Shown piece after piece: positions 9,402-18,999 of a stretch of DNA of 64,000 nt. Where the stretch lies: IMG/VR virus record IMGVR_UViG_3300025138_000017; one strand, given 5' to 3'. The number at the start of each line of letters is the position of its first letter. The first letter of the stretch is position 1. The stretch comes from an uncultured virus (IMG/VR IMGVR_UViG_3300025138_000017). Its lineage: Duplodnaviria; Heunggongvirae; Uroviricota; Caudoviricetes. The position numbers and the translations under genes are program-made. The notes beneath the pieces were generated by a model. That model saw only the letters and a list, made by a program, of their open reading frames with translations, was not told where the DNA came from and searched no databases.

Positions 9402-9743
9402 ATGGGCGAAGTAATTCAATTCCCAAAAATGGGTTCTCACAACGTACCTGTAAGTGAGGAAGAGAGACTTAATAATATTAAGCGCTATCAAGCGGAGCTT
9501 TCTTTAAACACTTCCATTGAGCTTACGTATCAACTATTCGAAGAGATCGAAGCAAGAGGAATTAAATTACGCAATAAAGAGCTAGATCAAGATTTGCTAA
9601 TGGTATGCGAGGCATTAAAATCTGCATTGTTAAAAGCATGTGGTCACGATCATCCACTTCAAAAGATAACAGAGCAGGTTGTTAATTCCGAAGAAAGCAA
9701 GATTTTTGCCAGCACATGGCAGGACTTATATAACGACCAATAG
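9402..9743 (+). CDS. Hypothetical protein
   Basis: MGEVIQFP start; position upstream of rnh as in related phages. Confidence 0.6.
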   Translation: MGEVIQFPKMGSHNVPVSEEERLNNIKRYQAELSLNTSIELTYQLFEEIEARGIKLRNKELDQDLLMVCEALKSALLKACGHDHPLQKITEQVVNSEESKIFASTWQDLYNDQ

Positions 9744-9746
9744 CAG

Positions 9747-9775
9747 TTGACTTTATAATACCATTAATGTATAAT
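9747..9775 (+). promoter_or_regulatory. sigma70-type promoter for rnh
   Basis: TTGACT-N17-TATAAT. Confidence 0.85.
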
Positions 9776-9798
9776 GGTAGTTTTAATATGGATAAATT

Positions 9799-10707
9799 AT
9801 GATATTAGTAGACTTAAATCAGGTGATGATATCAAACCTGATGGCTCAACTACACAGCAGTAGATCCAATACTGTTGATGAAGAGCTATTAAGACATATG
9901 GTGCTTAATGGTATTCGATCGTATAGAAACAAATTCAAAGACAAGTACGGTGAAATAGTTATCTGTTGTGATGATACTAATAACTGGCGTAAGAAAGAAT
10001 ATCCATACTACAAAGCTCATAGAAAACAAAACAGAGATGAGTCAGTTTTAGATTGGCCGAATATATTTGATACTTTGAATGTTGTTAGAGATGAGCTCAA
10101 AGAATTTTTTCCTTATAAGCATCTAAGAGTACATACAGCTGAGGCAGATGACATTATTGGTGTCTTGTGTCATCAGTTTGGTGTACAATTAGGATCTGGT
10201 GTAACAGCTAATAGTACAGTATATGGAACAGAAGCAGAACCAATACTAGTTTTAAGTGGTGATAAAGACTTTATACAATTACAACAATTTGTAAATGTGA
10301 GTCAATATGATCCAATTAGAAAAAGAATGATTAAGCATAAAGATGCACACCAATATCTTCAAGAGCATATAGTAAAGGGAGATAGAGGCGATGGTATTCC
10401 GAATTGTTTATCATCAGATGATACGTTTGTTAGTGGAGGCCGTCAAAAGCCAATGCGAGCAAATAGATTATCAGAAATTATAGGCGTTGTTCAATCTACT
10501 CCGTTGGATAAGATTAATGGCGAATATGAATGGGCGGCTGGATATCATAGAAATAGGATATTAGTCGATTTACAATACACACCTGATTATATTAGAGAAC
10601 AAGTTTTAGAACAGTTCAATGTAGATCCAGGTGGAAGAGATGGGTTGTTTAATTACTTTATTAAAAAGAGATTAAATAATCTTATCGAAAACATAAGTGA
10701 GTTTTAA
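9799..10707 (+). CDS. rnh: T4-like RNase H (5'-3' exonuclease, FEN family)
   Basis: MILVDLNQ, WRK..YPYYKAHR, EADDII, SGDKDFIQL, GDRGDGIPN. Confidence 0.95.
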   Translation: MILVDLNQVMISNLMAQLHSSRSNTVDEELLRHMVLNGIRSYRNKFKDKYGEIVICCDDTNNWRKKEYPYYKAHRKQNRDESVLDWPNIFDTLNVVRDELKEFFPYKHLRVHTAEADDIIGVLCHQFGVQLGSGVTANSTVYGTEAEPILVLSGDKDFIQLQQFVNVSQYDPIRKRMIKHKDAHQYLQEHIVKGDRGDGIPNCLSSDDTFVSGGRQKPMRANRLSEIIGVVQSTPLDKINGEYEWAAGYHRNRILVDLQYTPDYIREQVLEQFNVDPGGRDGLFNYFIKKRLNNLIENISEF

Positions 10708-10708
10708 T

Positions 10709-11170
10709 ATGGCACTACAAAATCCAAATGCGGTAAATGCAAAGAAAGACGGACTGGGTGAAATTATTCTTGAAGTTAAGAAAGAAAAGTCTGTAGCTTC
10801 TAAAATAAAAATCCTACAACAATGCGATAGTCGAGAGCTTAGAGGAATCTTTGAGCTAGCATATGACAATCGAATTAAATGGGCACTGCCAGAAGGCAAC
10901 CCTCCTTACAAACCATTGGACAAATCAATGGATGCTCAAGGAACATTACATACAGAGATGAGAAGAATGTATGTGTTCTTAGAAGGTAAGGCAAATATTA
11001 CTCAAGCTAGAAGAGAACAAATGTTTGTTCAAATACTTGAGACAGTCGATCCTGATGATGCATCCCTTTTAGTACAAGTAAAAGACAGAAAAATTAAAGG
11101 CGTTAGCAAGAAGACTGTTAAGATGGCCTATCCTGAATTTCTAAACGAAGCAGAAAACCAAGACGTATAA
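10709..11170 (+). CDS. Conserved hypothetical T4-like protein
   Basis: WALPEGNPPY, REQMFVQILE motifs; follows rnh. Confidence 0.7.
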   Translation: MALQNPNAVNAKKDGLGEIILEVKKEKSVASKIKILQQCDSRELRGIFELAYDNRIKWALPEGNPPYKPLDKSMDAQGTLHTEMRRMYVFLEGKANITQARREQMFVQILETVDPDDASLLVQVKDRKIKGVSKKTVKMAYPEFLNEAENQDV

Positions 11171-11514
11171 TGCCACTATACGATTTCATAGACACTGAAA
11201 CTGGTGAGGAATTTGAGCTGATGCTCAAAATAGCCGAACGTGAGGAGTTCTTAAAAGACAATCCAAACGTAAAACAGAAAGTAGGTGCTCCAATGATCGT
11301 AGGTGGTGTAGACGGTTTACGTAAAGTCGATGATGGCTTTAATGAAGTACTACAAAAGATAGGTGAGCAGAATCCTCAATCTAACTTTGGTAGGGAAATG
11401 AATTCAGCTAAGTCTGGTAAACAGGGCCAGGTTAATAAAGCTGTTGATAAATGGAAGGCGAAAGCCGCAAAAGACAACAAGGTGTATGACACCAAAGGAA
11501 TAGAAAATTTATGA
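11170..11514 (+). CDS. FmdB-like small protein
   Basis: MPLYDF..TETGEEFE...FLKDNP...DDGFNEVL pattern. Confidence 0.6.
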   Translation: MPLYDFIDTETGEEFELMLKIAEREEFLKDNPNVKQKVGAPMIVGGVDGLRKVDDGFNEVLQKIGEQNPQSNFGREMNSAKSGKQGQVNKAVDKWKAKAAKDNKVYDTKGIENL

Positions 11515-11789
11515 AGATGACAACAGACAACATTTTAGTTGCAGAGATGAAAGTAAAAGAAAAGAAAGAAAGAGTAACCGAATCTGGTATTATTCTTTCT
11601 GCTGACGTCGATGATACTAAACCAGGCTCAGCACCAGCAATGGTAATTGCCGTTGGCCCAGATGTAACATATATTAAACCAAATGATGTGGTTTATGTAG
11701 ACTGGTCTAAAGGATTGATTATTGATGTTGATGATGATAGACAGGGCGTAATCTTGCCTTTAGAGTCTGTCAAAGCGGTGAGAGACTAG
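11511..11789 (+). CDS. groES: GroES-like co-chaperonin
   Basis: TESGIIL mobile loop, VIAVGP. Confidence 0.8.
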   Translation: MKMTTDNILVAEMKVKEKKERVTESGIILSADVDDTKPGSAPAMVIAVGPDVTYIKPNDVVYVDWSKGLIIDVDDDRQGVILPLESVKAVRD

Positions 11790-11792
11790 ATC

Positions 11793-12458
11793 ATGATAGA
11801 TCTCCAGCTCTCAGACCTTCAGAGACTGCCTAGAAGGAACGTAAACGGTAAGAGACTATATGAGACACCAGATGGTACTTTATATCCGTCAGTAACGACT
11901 ATAACAGGGCAGATGACGAAGAAGGCTATTACAGAATGGCGCGCCCGGGTAGGAGAAAAAGTTGCTAATGAAATAACAACTAAAGCAGCTTCAAGAGGAA
12001 CATCTATTCATAAGTTGTGCGAGCATTATGTTCTAGGAACAATGGATGATGTTAAGGTGATGCCATCTAACAAAGAGATGTTTGATGCAATGTCAAAACA
12101 TCTTGGTGATTCATTGGGCGTAATTAAATGTGTAGAAGGATTTTTATTCTCTGACTTCTTACGATCAGCTGGACAGGTAGATTGTGTTGGTGAATATAAT
12201 GGAGTAATGTCTGTTATAGATTTTAAGACATCTAAGAAAAAGAAACCTGAAGCATGGTGTCAGAATTATTTTGTACAGGAAGCAGCTTATAGCTTTATGT
12301 TTGAACAAATGACAGGTATACAAATACCTCAGCTAGTAACTATCATTGGAGTTGATGGTGAAAGCGAACCTCAAGTATTCATCAAGAATACTAAAGAGAG
12401 AAATCAATACTTATTAAAGTTTCTTGAGCTTAGAGAGGCGTTCGACCTCATCGGCTAG
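11793..12458 (+). CDS. PD-(D/E)XK exonuclease (Cas4/RecB-like phage exonuclease)
   Basis: YPSVTT, RGTSIH, AGQVDC, IDFKTS, YFVQ.AAY. Confidence 0.88.
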   Translation: MIDLQLSDLQRLPRRNVNGKRLYETPDGTLYPSVTTITGQMTKKAITEWRARVGEKVANEITTKAASRGTSIHKLCEHYVLGTMDDVKVMPSNKEMFDAMSKHLGDSLGVIKCVEGFLFSDFLRSAGQVDCVGEYNGVMSVIDFKTSKKKKPEAWCQNYFVQEAAYSFMFEQMTGIQIPQLVTIIGVDGESEPQVFIKNTKERNQYLLKFLELREAFDLIG

Positions 12459-12575
12459 CTCTTTTTTTTCGTCTACTAATATTTGAATTCTTTGATACAG
12501 CTTATAGACTTGTTCTTGTAGTTCTTTTACTGTACCCTTATAATAAGTATCTAAATTTATTTGTTTGTTTGTCAT
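12414..12575 (-). CDS. Small coiled-coil hypothetical protein (53 aa, not in ORF track)
   Basis: MTNKQINLDTYYKG...SKLKKL; start overlaps the stop of the upstream GT gene. Confidence 0.5.
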   Translation of the reverse strand: MTNKQINLDTYYKGTVKELQEQVYKLYQRIQILVDEKKELADEVERLSKLKKL

Positions 12576-13561
12576 TTACTTAGTAATGATGTTAAGAAAA
12601 CTTCCCATTGCTTTGATCTCACATCCCATGAATAGAAACCATCAGCATATGCTTTTTGCATTTGCAATCTTTCTTTCATAGATGGTTCTTCAACTAATCT
12701 CATAGCGTCAGCTAAGGTTAAAGCATGCCTCGAAGCGTGCTCATTCATGTCCTGTGTATAATCATACATTAGGGTCCAATTAGCAGCTGTCTCAGGTAGT
12801 GCTGCAAGACTACTATGTACACATATGCATCCAGCACTCATAGCCTCTATGAGAGCAATACAAGAAGTCTCAGGCCATATGCTTGGTAGAGCAAATATAT
12901 GAGCTTTCTGTAATGCTTTGTGTATCTCTTTATTATCTACGTGTCCGTGATAAGTCATTTTAGGATGCTTTTTAATTTTATCAAACAGAGGCTGGAATTC
13001 TTTATCTCTTTCTTCCCAACCATATATCCCAAATGAACTATAAACATCTAAGTGCCAGTTAATGTCAGGTAGAGTCTGCTCAATCCATTCCATGACCGGA
13101 TACAACAAATCTAATCCTCTATGAGGAGTAGTATGATAAATTAAATTAACACATTCTTTGGAATCTGGTTTTGTATGTTCCGGAATAGGTTCAATGGCGT
13201 TTTGTAATACAGTCAAAGAACCAGCTGGAACATTTAGATAGTTTTCTATTTGTTGTCTTTGCCAATGTGACACGCACACTATACCATCAAACTTATTATG
13301 GCCGCCATCTTTAAGATGAGCCATTTCTGGATCGCCAGCTAAGTCGTGTACCCAATAGATTGGTTTCTTGCCTTTCTTTGTTCCTCTAAACCTTGATGGA
13401 ATTATTTGAAACTTATCAAGAGTAGCATCATCTAACTTATCAAACAATGCATGTTTCATTATCTCAGTTCCACCCATTGCATTCTGATCTACTTCGTTTT
13501 GTTCAGCTTTAACTCTAGCGTCCTTTGCTGCTTTAGGATCACCGATTACGTTTAACTTCAT
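12572..13561 (-). CDS. Glycosyltransferase, GT-B (GT4-like)
   Basis: GGTE, YHTTPHRGL, PSIWPETSCIALIEAMSAG (Ex7E). Confidence 0.88.
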   Translation of the reverse strand: MKLNVIGDPKAAKDARVKAEQNEVDQNAMGGTEIMKHALFDKLDDATLDKFQIIPSRFRGTKKGKKPIYWVHDLAGDPEMAHLKDGGHNKFDGIVCVSHWQRQQIENYLNVPAGSLTVLQNAIEPIPEHTKPDSKECVNLIYHTTPHRGLDLLYPVMEWIEQTLPDINWHLDVYSSFGIYGWEERDKEFQPLFDKIKKHPKMTYHGHVDNKEIHKALQKAHIFALPSIWPETSCIALIEAMSAGCICVHSSLAALPETAANWTLMYDYTQDMNEHASRHALTLADAMRLVEEPSMKERLQMQKAYADGFYSWDVRSKQWEVFLTSLLSK

Positions 13562-13803
13562 AGTCCGTACTTAGCGTCAATTGCTCTATGAGCAATAAGT
13601 TGATCATACCCACCGATGAGTTGATCATCTTTGTATATTTGAGGCATGGTTCTTGCGTTAGGATTTTTTTCCATCAATTCCGTAAAGAATTCTGGATCCT
13701 CATTGATATTTTTTACTTGTACTTCTGCTTCGTGTTGAAGCTCGAACTTAGCCTTTTCGCAATAAGGGCAGTTGTTCTTTGAATAAATTAGCCACTTGGT
13801 CAT
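13558..13803 (-). CDS. grx: Glutaredoxin
   Basis: CPYC active site, TMPQI, IGGY. Confidence 0.93.
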   Translation of the reverse strand: MTKWLIYSKNNCPYCEKAKFELQHEAEVQVKNINEDPEFFTELMEKNPNARTMPQIYKDDQLIGGYDQLIAHRAIDAKYGL

Positions 13804-13818
13804 AATATAGTTCCTCAG

Positions 13819-14133
13819 TTAAAATTGTACGCTTGCTCCACAACCGCACGAGTTTGTTTCTTTTGGGTTTAAAACTTTTACAGTAGTATTTATTCCTTCT
13901 GTAATAACATCCAATGTAGATCCCTCTATCATTGGAGCCGACATTACATCTATAACAACTCCGAACTTACCGAAGTCAATTATAATATCATCAGCTGATA
14001 CATCATTGTCCCAATCAATTTTGTATTCAAATCCTGTACACCCAGCAGGCATTAAACCTATTCTAACATATTCTCCTTCCGCTCTCAAGTTATTCATAAC
14101 ATGAGTAATTGCTCTGTCTGTTAGATCAATCAT
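13819..14133 (-). CDS. iscA: IscA/HesB Fe-S assembly A-type carrier
   Basis: GCTGFEY, NP...SCGCGAS. Confidence 0.93.
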   Translation of the reverse strand: MIDLTDRAITHVMNNLRAEGEYVRIGLMPAGCTGFEYKIDWDNDVSADDIIIDFGKFGVVIDVMSAPMIEGSTLDVITEGINTTVKVLNPKETNSCGCGASVQF

Positions 14134-14593
14134 TTGGTGGATTATTGTGACCCACCATAGACCCTGCTGTGTCTAATATTGGATGGTTGTAGTCCTTGTC
14201 GTTCTTTGTTTCATAATCTACCATAGCCTGTCTAATAGCATCTTCTGCTAGTACGCTACAATGTAGTTTAATTGGAGGTAAGTTTAATACCTCTGCAATA
14301 TCTTTATCTTTAATTAATTTTGCTTCTGCAATAGTCTTACCCATCATCATGTCTACAAATAATGATGAAGATGCAATTGCTGATCCGCAACCATATGTTT
14401 TAAATTTAACATCAATTATTTTTTCATTATCATCTAGTAGTAGCTGTAGTTGCATTACATCACCACACGCAGGCGCGCCTGCAAGTCCTGTTGCAACATT
14501 CGGGTCTTTCCTATCTAAACTTCCGACGGAATGTTTTTTAGGATTTGCTAATACGGCTTCGAACCGTTGTACTACTTCGTCTGAATATGCCAT
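14126..14593 (-). CDS. iscU: Fe-S scaffold IscU
   Basis: MAYS, GAPACGDVM, FKTYGCGSAIASSS, LPPIKLHCSVLAEDAI. Confidence 0.95.
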   Translation of the reverse strand: MAYSDEVVQRFEAVLANPKKHSVGSLDRKDPNVATGLAGAPACGDVMQLQLLLDDNEKIIDVKFKTYGCGSAIASSSLFVDMMMGKTIAEAKLIKDKDIAEVLNLPPIKLHCSVLAEDAIRQAMVDYETKNDKDYNHPILDTAGSMVGHNNPPND

Positions 14594-14757
14594 TAATTGT
14601 ATTGTTCGTTGTTTTCTATTATTCTAGGCATGTATACTTCTACATATGCCTGACAGTTTGGACAGGTTAAATTAGTAACCATGTCATATGTTTCATCTTC
14701 TTCGAGGTCGTGATCGCCACCCCAAATTAATTCTGTACCGCAGTGCCAACAATTCAT
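14593..14757 (-). CDS. Small zinc-ribbon protein
   Basis: MNCWHC...LTCPNC; start reassigned to MNCWHCG. Confidence 0.6.
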   Translation of the reverse strand: MNCWHCGTELIWGGDHDLEEDETYDMVTNLTCPNCQAYVEVYMPRIIENNEQYN

Positions 14758-14939
14758 ATAAGGCCTATTGATCTGAATACTGGAAAGTAATATCCTGTTC
14801 CCGTCCACCAAACTATAATATTATTGATAATCATAATCTTAAAAAACCCTATCCAAAAAATTGTCCAAGCTGCTTTTTTTCCTTTACTGAATATGAAGTT
14901 TAATATTGGAAACTTCCAAAACCATAATCTAATTTTCAT
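14754..14939 (-). CDS. Small membrane protein
   Basis: Hydrophobic 61-aa ORF coupled to its neighbours. Confidence 0.5.
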   Translation of the reverse strand: MKIRLWFWKFPILNFIFSKGKKAAWTIFWIGFFKIMIINNIIVWWTGTGYYFPVFRSIGLI

Positions 14940-14942
14940 TTA

Positions 14943-15812
14943 TTAAACTGCTTGTTCTTCAAGCCATTCAATATCATTATACTCAGGATGAATGTTATCC
15001 AATTTTACAAGGTCCTTATATTTTTCACAGAACTGTTTATATTTTACTGGCACCCCAATGTCAAATTCTTGTCTTATCTCTTCAATATCTCTTTCAAGTA
15101 AAGCTCCAACATCCTGATACCACAATCCTTTAGCAGCTGCTTTTTTACTGAGTCGTTCTGATTCAAAGTAAACTCTGAAAGGATCTAAAGATTTTGTTTG
15201 CATTGCAATTCCAGCTGCAATAGCTAGACCACACCATCTCATTGGAAAATAATTTACTTGTTTATATGTAACACCCTGTACAGCGGATTCGCCCATTGAT
15301 GATGTATCATATCTGAATAATGTATGGTAAACATCATGTAGCAAATAAAGGTATCTGTTTATATTAACTCTTATATCATCAACAGCACCACCATATATTC
15401 CATAAATGTCTCTACTGTTATTATTAATGACCTCTTCTTCCTGATATCTATTTTCGTATACGTCCTCTAGTGGAAAATTTTTAAACATATGGCCCAAGTG
15501 ACCGCCTAATGTATTAGCGGGTAGGGATTGCAACCATTCAAGATCTGACAATTTTTTTACCGTAACATTCTTTACGTGATCGGGGTCGTTAAATCTTCTA
15601 CCCCATAGAATATCTCTTCCCTCAGAAGTACTTCTGAGTTTATATAATAAACTAAAATTACCAGTAAATCTAAGTTCACGGTATAATGTAGGAATGGCAT
15701 CAACTCTTTCATTGCCATTATAATCTTCAAATTTAGTTTCTTTTCCCTTGTCAGTTCCATAGTGATTTACTATGATACTAGTTGCTTTCCAAATTTTATG
15801 TATTCTCCACAT
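14943..15812 (-). CDS. Coq4-like (ubiquinone biosynthesis family) metalloprotein
   Basis: LQSLPANTLG and HDVYHTLFRYDTSSMGE (HDxxH-x11-E) motifs. Confidence 0.7.
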   Translation of the reverse strand: MWRIHKIWKATSIIVNHYGTDKGKETKFEDYNGNERVDAIPTLYRELRFTGNFSLLYKLRSTSEGRDILWGRRFNDPDHVKNVTVKKLSDLEWLQSLPANTLGGHLGHMFKNFPLEDVYENRYQEEEVINNNSRDIYGIYGGAVDDIRVNINRYLYLLHDVYHTLFRYDTSSMGESAVQGVTYKQVNYFPMRWCGLAIAAGIAMQTKSLDPFRVYFESERLSKKAAAKGLWYQDVGALLERDIEEIRQEFDIGVPVKYKQFCEKYKDLVKLDNIHPEYNDIEWLEEQAV

Positions 15813-15830
15813 AGTAGGATCTCCTATAAT

Positions 15831-16007
15831 TTACTTCTCTGATACAATAAATGTATACACACCATAGGCTAGTGCTACGTAAGCTAACCAGTCTATAAGT
15901 CCACCTAATAATATCCAACACAGGGATAACCCTATAATTACACCACCATCCCAGGTAGTTCTTTCTGCCCAACGGGCCATGATCCAATTTTTTGCTGTAT
16001 CTAACAT
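15831..16007 (-). CDS. Small two-TM membrane protein
   Basis: MLDTAKNW...ERTTWDG hydrophobic ORF with RBS. Confidence 0.55.
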   Translation of the reverse strand: MLDTAKNWIMARWAERTTWDGGVIIGLSLCWILLGGLIDWLAYVALAYGVYTFIVSEK

Positions 16008-16024
16008 ACAATCTCCGTTTTTTA

Positions 16025-16474
16025 TTATTCCCAGGGAAATACGATCCAATCGTCTTCCCTATCTTTATTTATAGTCTCTCCACACACGTTGACCTTCATT
16101 TGAGATGAGGGCTTACTTAATAATGTAGCAAATTTAGGGTTTTTCATGGCCCTTAAATAAAATTGATTATGGACTTCACGCAATGTGCGACCAGAATCGT
16201 TTATATCATCAACTATAAGTAAATTGTTGTATTTGTAAACATCTTGCCACTTAAATTTAGACTCAGGGGCTTTACCATCTCTGAGAGAGATGTTTAGTGT
16301 ATAAAGTTTACAATCGTAACAATGCGAAAGATTGACAGCAGGAATTAATCCTCCTCTTGTCAATCCTATTATTGCATCTGGTTTCCATTTGCCAAGTTGA
16401 GAGATGATTGATTGAACCATCTCATCATACTCTTCCCAGCTGACTACTCGTCTGCTTACTTCTGAAAGTACCAT
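16025..16474 (-). CDS. Purine phosphoribosyltransferase (Gpt-like)
   Basis: GLTRGGLIPA, LIVDDINDSGRT PRPP loop, WIVFPWE. Confidence 0.9.
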   Translation of the reverse strand: MVLSEVSRRVVSWEEYDEMVQSIISQLGKWKPDAIIGLTRGGLIPAVNLSHCYDCKLYTLNISLRDGKAPESKFKWQDVYKYNNLLIVDDINDSGRTLREVHNQFYLRAMKNPKFATLLSKPSSQMKVNVCGETINKDREDDWIVFPWE

Positions 16475-16998
16475 TCAGGATTTTGTTGCATCCATTTTAA
16501 AACTGCTTCAGGTGTTGAAGCAACATATGAATCGTCGTCTGCATTGTCTCTCATTTCAGGTTCTGCAAACACATCAATAACGGTTTGCGTGTCTCCATCA
16601 ACAAGCATTGCATATCTCCAAGAACGCATACCAAAGTTTACGTTTCTCTTCTGACAATTCATTCCAAATTTCTGACACAAGTCTCCATTTCCATCAGGTA
16701 GTGATCTTACATTTTCAATATCATGCTTATCAAACCAAGCATTCATTACAAACGGATCATTTACTGTAGTACAATAGATGTTATCAACCCCTAGTTCTTT
16801 AAACTTACTAAAAAGTTTTTCAAATCCAGGTAATTGCTTAGAAGAGCATGTTGGAGTAAATGCACCAGGTAGACCAAAGATAAGAACTTTCTGTCCTTGT
16901 ATTTCTTTGTTGAAATCTATCTTAATCCATTCACCAGCTTTCCTGTCAGCATAGTTAAATAATGGAAATTTATCTCCTTTAGCTATCATCCGGTGCAC
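16456..16998 (-). CDS. Peroxiredoxin (Prx5/AHP1 type)
   Basis: GLPGAFTPTCS, VNDPFVMNAW, RSWRYAM. Confidence 0.93.
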   Translation of the reverse strand: MHRMIAKGDKFPLFNYADRKAGEWIKIDFNKEIQGQKVLIFGLPGAFTPTCSSKQLPGFEKLFSKFKELGVDNIYCTTVNDPFVMNAWFDKHDIENVRSLPDGNGDLCQKFGMNCQKRNVNFGMRSWRYAMLVDGDTQTVIDVFAEPEMRDNADDDSYVASTPEAVLKWMQQNPEWYFQK

Positions 16999-17215
16999 CA
17001 GTTTCTCCAGAGCTAACTTCTCTGAGTCCTACAAGTTGAGCAACGATAGTGCCAAGCAAAGGATCTTTTTCTTTGTTTAACCAATTCTTTAAGTAGTCAG
17101 TTTCTAATTCTGAAAACTCTCCTGCTGATAAACCAGCTAGTCTCAATTGAGCATCTAACAGTCCAGCAATAGCAAAGACTTGTTTATCTATATTTGCAAA
17201 TTCTTTATCTGCCAT
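16979..17215 (-). CDS. Hypothetical protein
   Basis: RBS (AGGAG) and its own promoter. Confidence 0.6.
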   Translation of the reverse strand: MADKEFANIDKQVFAIAGLLDAQLRLAGLSAGEFSELETDYLKNWLNKEKDPLLGTIVAQLVGLREVSSGETGAPDDS

Positions 17216-17245
17216 TTCTTTCTCCTATAATATAAAAGTAGCGAT

Positions 17246-17274
17246 ATTATACCACTATACTAATTTAAGGTCAA
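17246..17274 (-). promoter_or_regulatory. sigma70-type promoter
   Basis: TTGACC-N17-TATAAT. Confidence 0.8.
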
Positions 17275-17713
17275 CACACTTTTGAAATAATACTTTCTCT
17301 CGTGCATACGCCTCTATTTCAGAAGGCGGTTCAAAAGGATTATCTAAATTCTCCATTTCCTCACCTTTCCAATGCATGCCATCTAATGATAGCTCTTTTC
17401 TAAGAAATTGTTTTACATGAACCATCTCATGGCATAATGTAGAAACGACTTCCTTAAAACTTTTTGTATTTGCTAGATCGATTGTAGACCACCAAACCTT
17501 ACCATGTTCTTCTGTATCAACTATATCCATTACACAAAGACCGTGATAACTATTTTCTAACAGACCTTTCTTTTTAGGGTATTTTATATGAACCATCCCT
17601 TTAAATCTTCCAATATTCAGCTCATTAACGCAAACTTGGAATATATTTTCCAGAGATAGCTCTAATTTTTTACCAACAGGTCCGCCCTTTGTTCCGGTAA
17701 CATAACAAAACAT
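17255..17713 (-). CDS. Zinc metallopeptidase-like (HExxH) protein
   Basis: TLCHEMVHVKQ...PSEIEAY. Confidence 0.75.
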   Translation of the reverse strand: MFCYVTGTKGGPVGKKLELSLENIFQVCVNELNIGRFKGMVHIKYPKKKGLLENSYHGLCVMDIVDTEEHGKVWWSTIDLANTKSFKEVVSTLCHEMVHVKQFLRKELSLDGMHWKGEEMENLDNPFEPPSEIEAYAREKVLFQKCVDLKLV

Positions 17714-17716
17714 AAT

Positions 17717-18310
17717 TTATTTCCTTTTAATAATATGTAAGTAAATATCTTCCCAATTCTTAGCTACGAAGCAATCGTGCTCTTCATTCATATTGTAGCC
17801 ATGTTCCATTACTACAGGTTCAAAGTCTACCTTAGCTCCTGCAATAGCATTCTCTACTTTATCTTCTACCCACAAACATCCTCTGTATTTTTTACCTAAC
17901 TTATATAGAGCCTCATCTTTATCTGCTCCTGTATCAAGATATACAAAGTCATCAAAAACATCACCAAAGTATTTTTTGAGGTTTCTGGTTCTCAAGTCTT
18001 GTGCTGCTTTGTCTTTGGATAGACTCGTACATACTACAAATCTGTATCCATAATTATTAGCTAGTAGTGATACAATTTCTTGTGCATCTCTTAGAGGTGG
18101 TAAGAAACCAATAGCGGCTGACTGGTTGAATAACCTAACCCACTTTTTACCCTCTGCTTTATCAAGACCAAATTGCTCTGCTGCATTATAAATGAACTTA
18201 TGTTTTTTTACTTTTTCAAAGCCTTGATGTTCCATCCATATCTGAAACGCGTCTTCCCAATTCAGTAGTACGCCATCGACATCTGTGACTATAACTTTTT
18301 TCTTTATCAT
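17717..18310 (-). CDS. HAD-family nucleotidase (T4 30.2-like)
   Basis: TDVDGVL, WVEDK. Confidence 0.8.
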   Translation of the reverse strand: MIKKKVIVTDVDGVLLNWEDAFQIWMEHQGFEKVKKHKFIYNAAEQFGLDKAEGKKWVRLFNQSAAIGFLPPLRDAQEIVSLLANNYGYRFVVCTSLSKDKAAQDLRTRNLKKYFGDVFDDFVYLDTGADKDEALYKLGKKYRGCLWVEDKVENAIAGAKVDFEPVVMEHGYNMNEEHDCFVAKNWEDIYLHIIKRK

Positions 18311-18332
18311 AATTTATCTCCTTACATGGGAC

Positions 18333-18361
18333 ATTATACTAAAGTTTCGGTTAAAAGTCAA
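18333..18361 (-). promoter_or_regulatory. sigma70-type promoter
   Basis: TTGACT-N17-TATAAT. Confidence 0.85.
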
Positions 18362-18999
18362 CGCCAAATTACTTCTTTAAAATTCTCTTTTGGTAATCCC
18401 CAGAATGCTTGCTTCCAATCTGACTGACCAAAGAAATCTAAGTGATGCCACTCTTCTTTCCTATCAAGCATCTCTTGAGCTTTTGCATCAAAGTCTATTC
18501 CTTTAACTATTTTTTCAACTTTTAATTTTTGTTCAGTAACTTGTATAAGATCAAACCCGTCCCATTCAAAATGTAACAGTTCAAATACATTACCATCAAA
18601 GTCAGCATAATCGACACTAATATCAATACCCCATTTTGGTCTCATTTGAGTAAACTTATGAAAAATAGGATGCACTTTGGATCTTTCTTCTAGCTGTTTA
18701 AGTGCTGGTCCTGCAAACCCATGTCTAAAATATAAATCTGCATGGTTTAAATGAGGACCGTATGTTTTAGCATCAAGGTCTCTAAACCATGGAGTCTTGC
18801 ATGTAAATTTGTCTCTATGAGCTTGAACAACATACCCATTTGCAGCTGCAAATGCTTTTTCTACTATAGTTAGGTCGTATCCGTTTTGATCAAACAATGC
18901 TAACTCTCTTGCAGTAAACTTACAAAGTTCACTGTTTGGTATTGCCTTTTTCCAATTTTTATGAGGGTTAAGTCTGTTTTTACTTAATCTTAATTTCAT
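18358..18999 (-). CDS. Hypothetical protein
   Basis: 213-aa ORF abutting the cyclase gene. Confidence 0.65.
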   Translation of the reverse strand: MKLRLSKNRLNPHKNWKKAIPNSELCKFTARELALFDQNGYDLTIVEKAFAAANGYVVQAHRDKFTCKTPWFRDLDAKTYGPHLNHADLYFRHGFAGPALKQLEERSKVHPIFHKFTQMRPKWGIDISVDYADFDGNVFELLHFEWDGFDLIQVTEQKLKVEKIVKGIDFDAKAQEMLDRKEEWHHLDFFGQSDWKQAFWGLPKENFKEVIWR

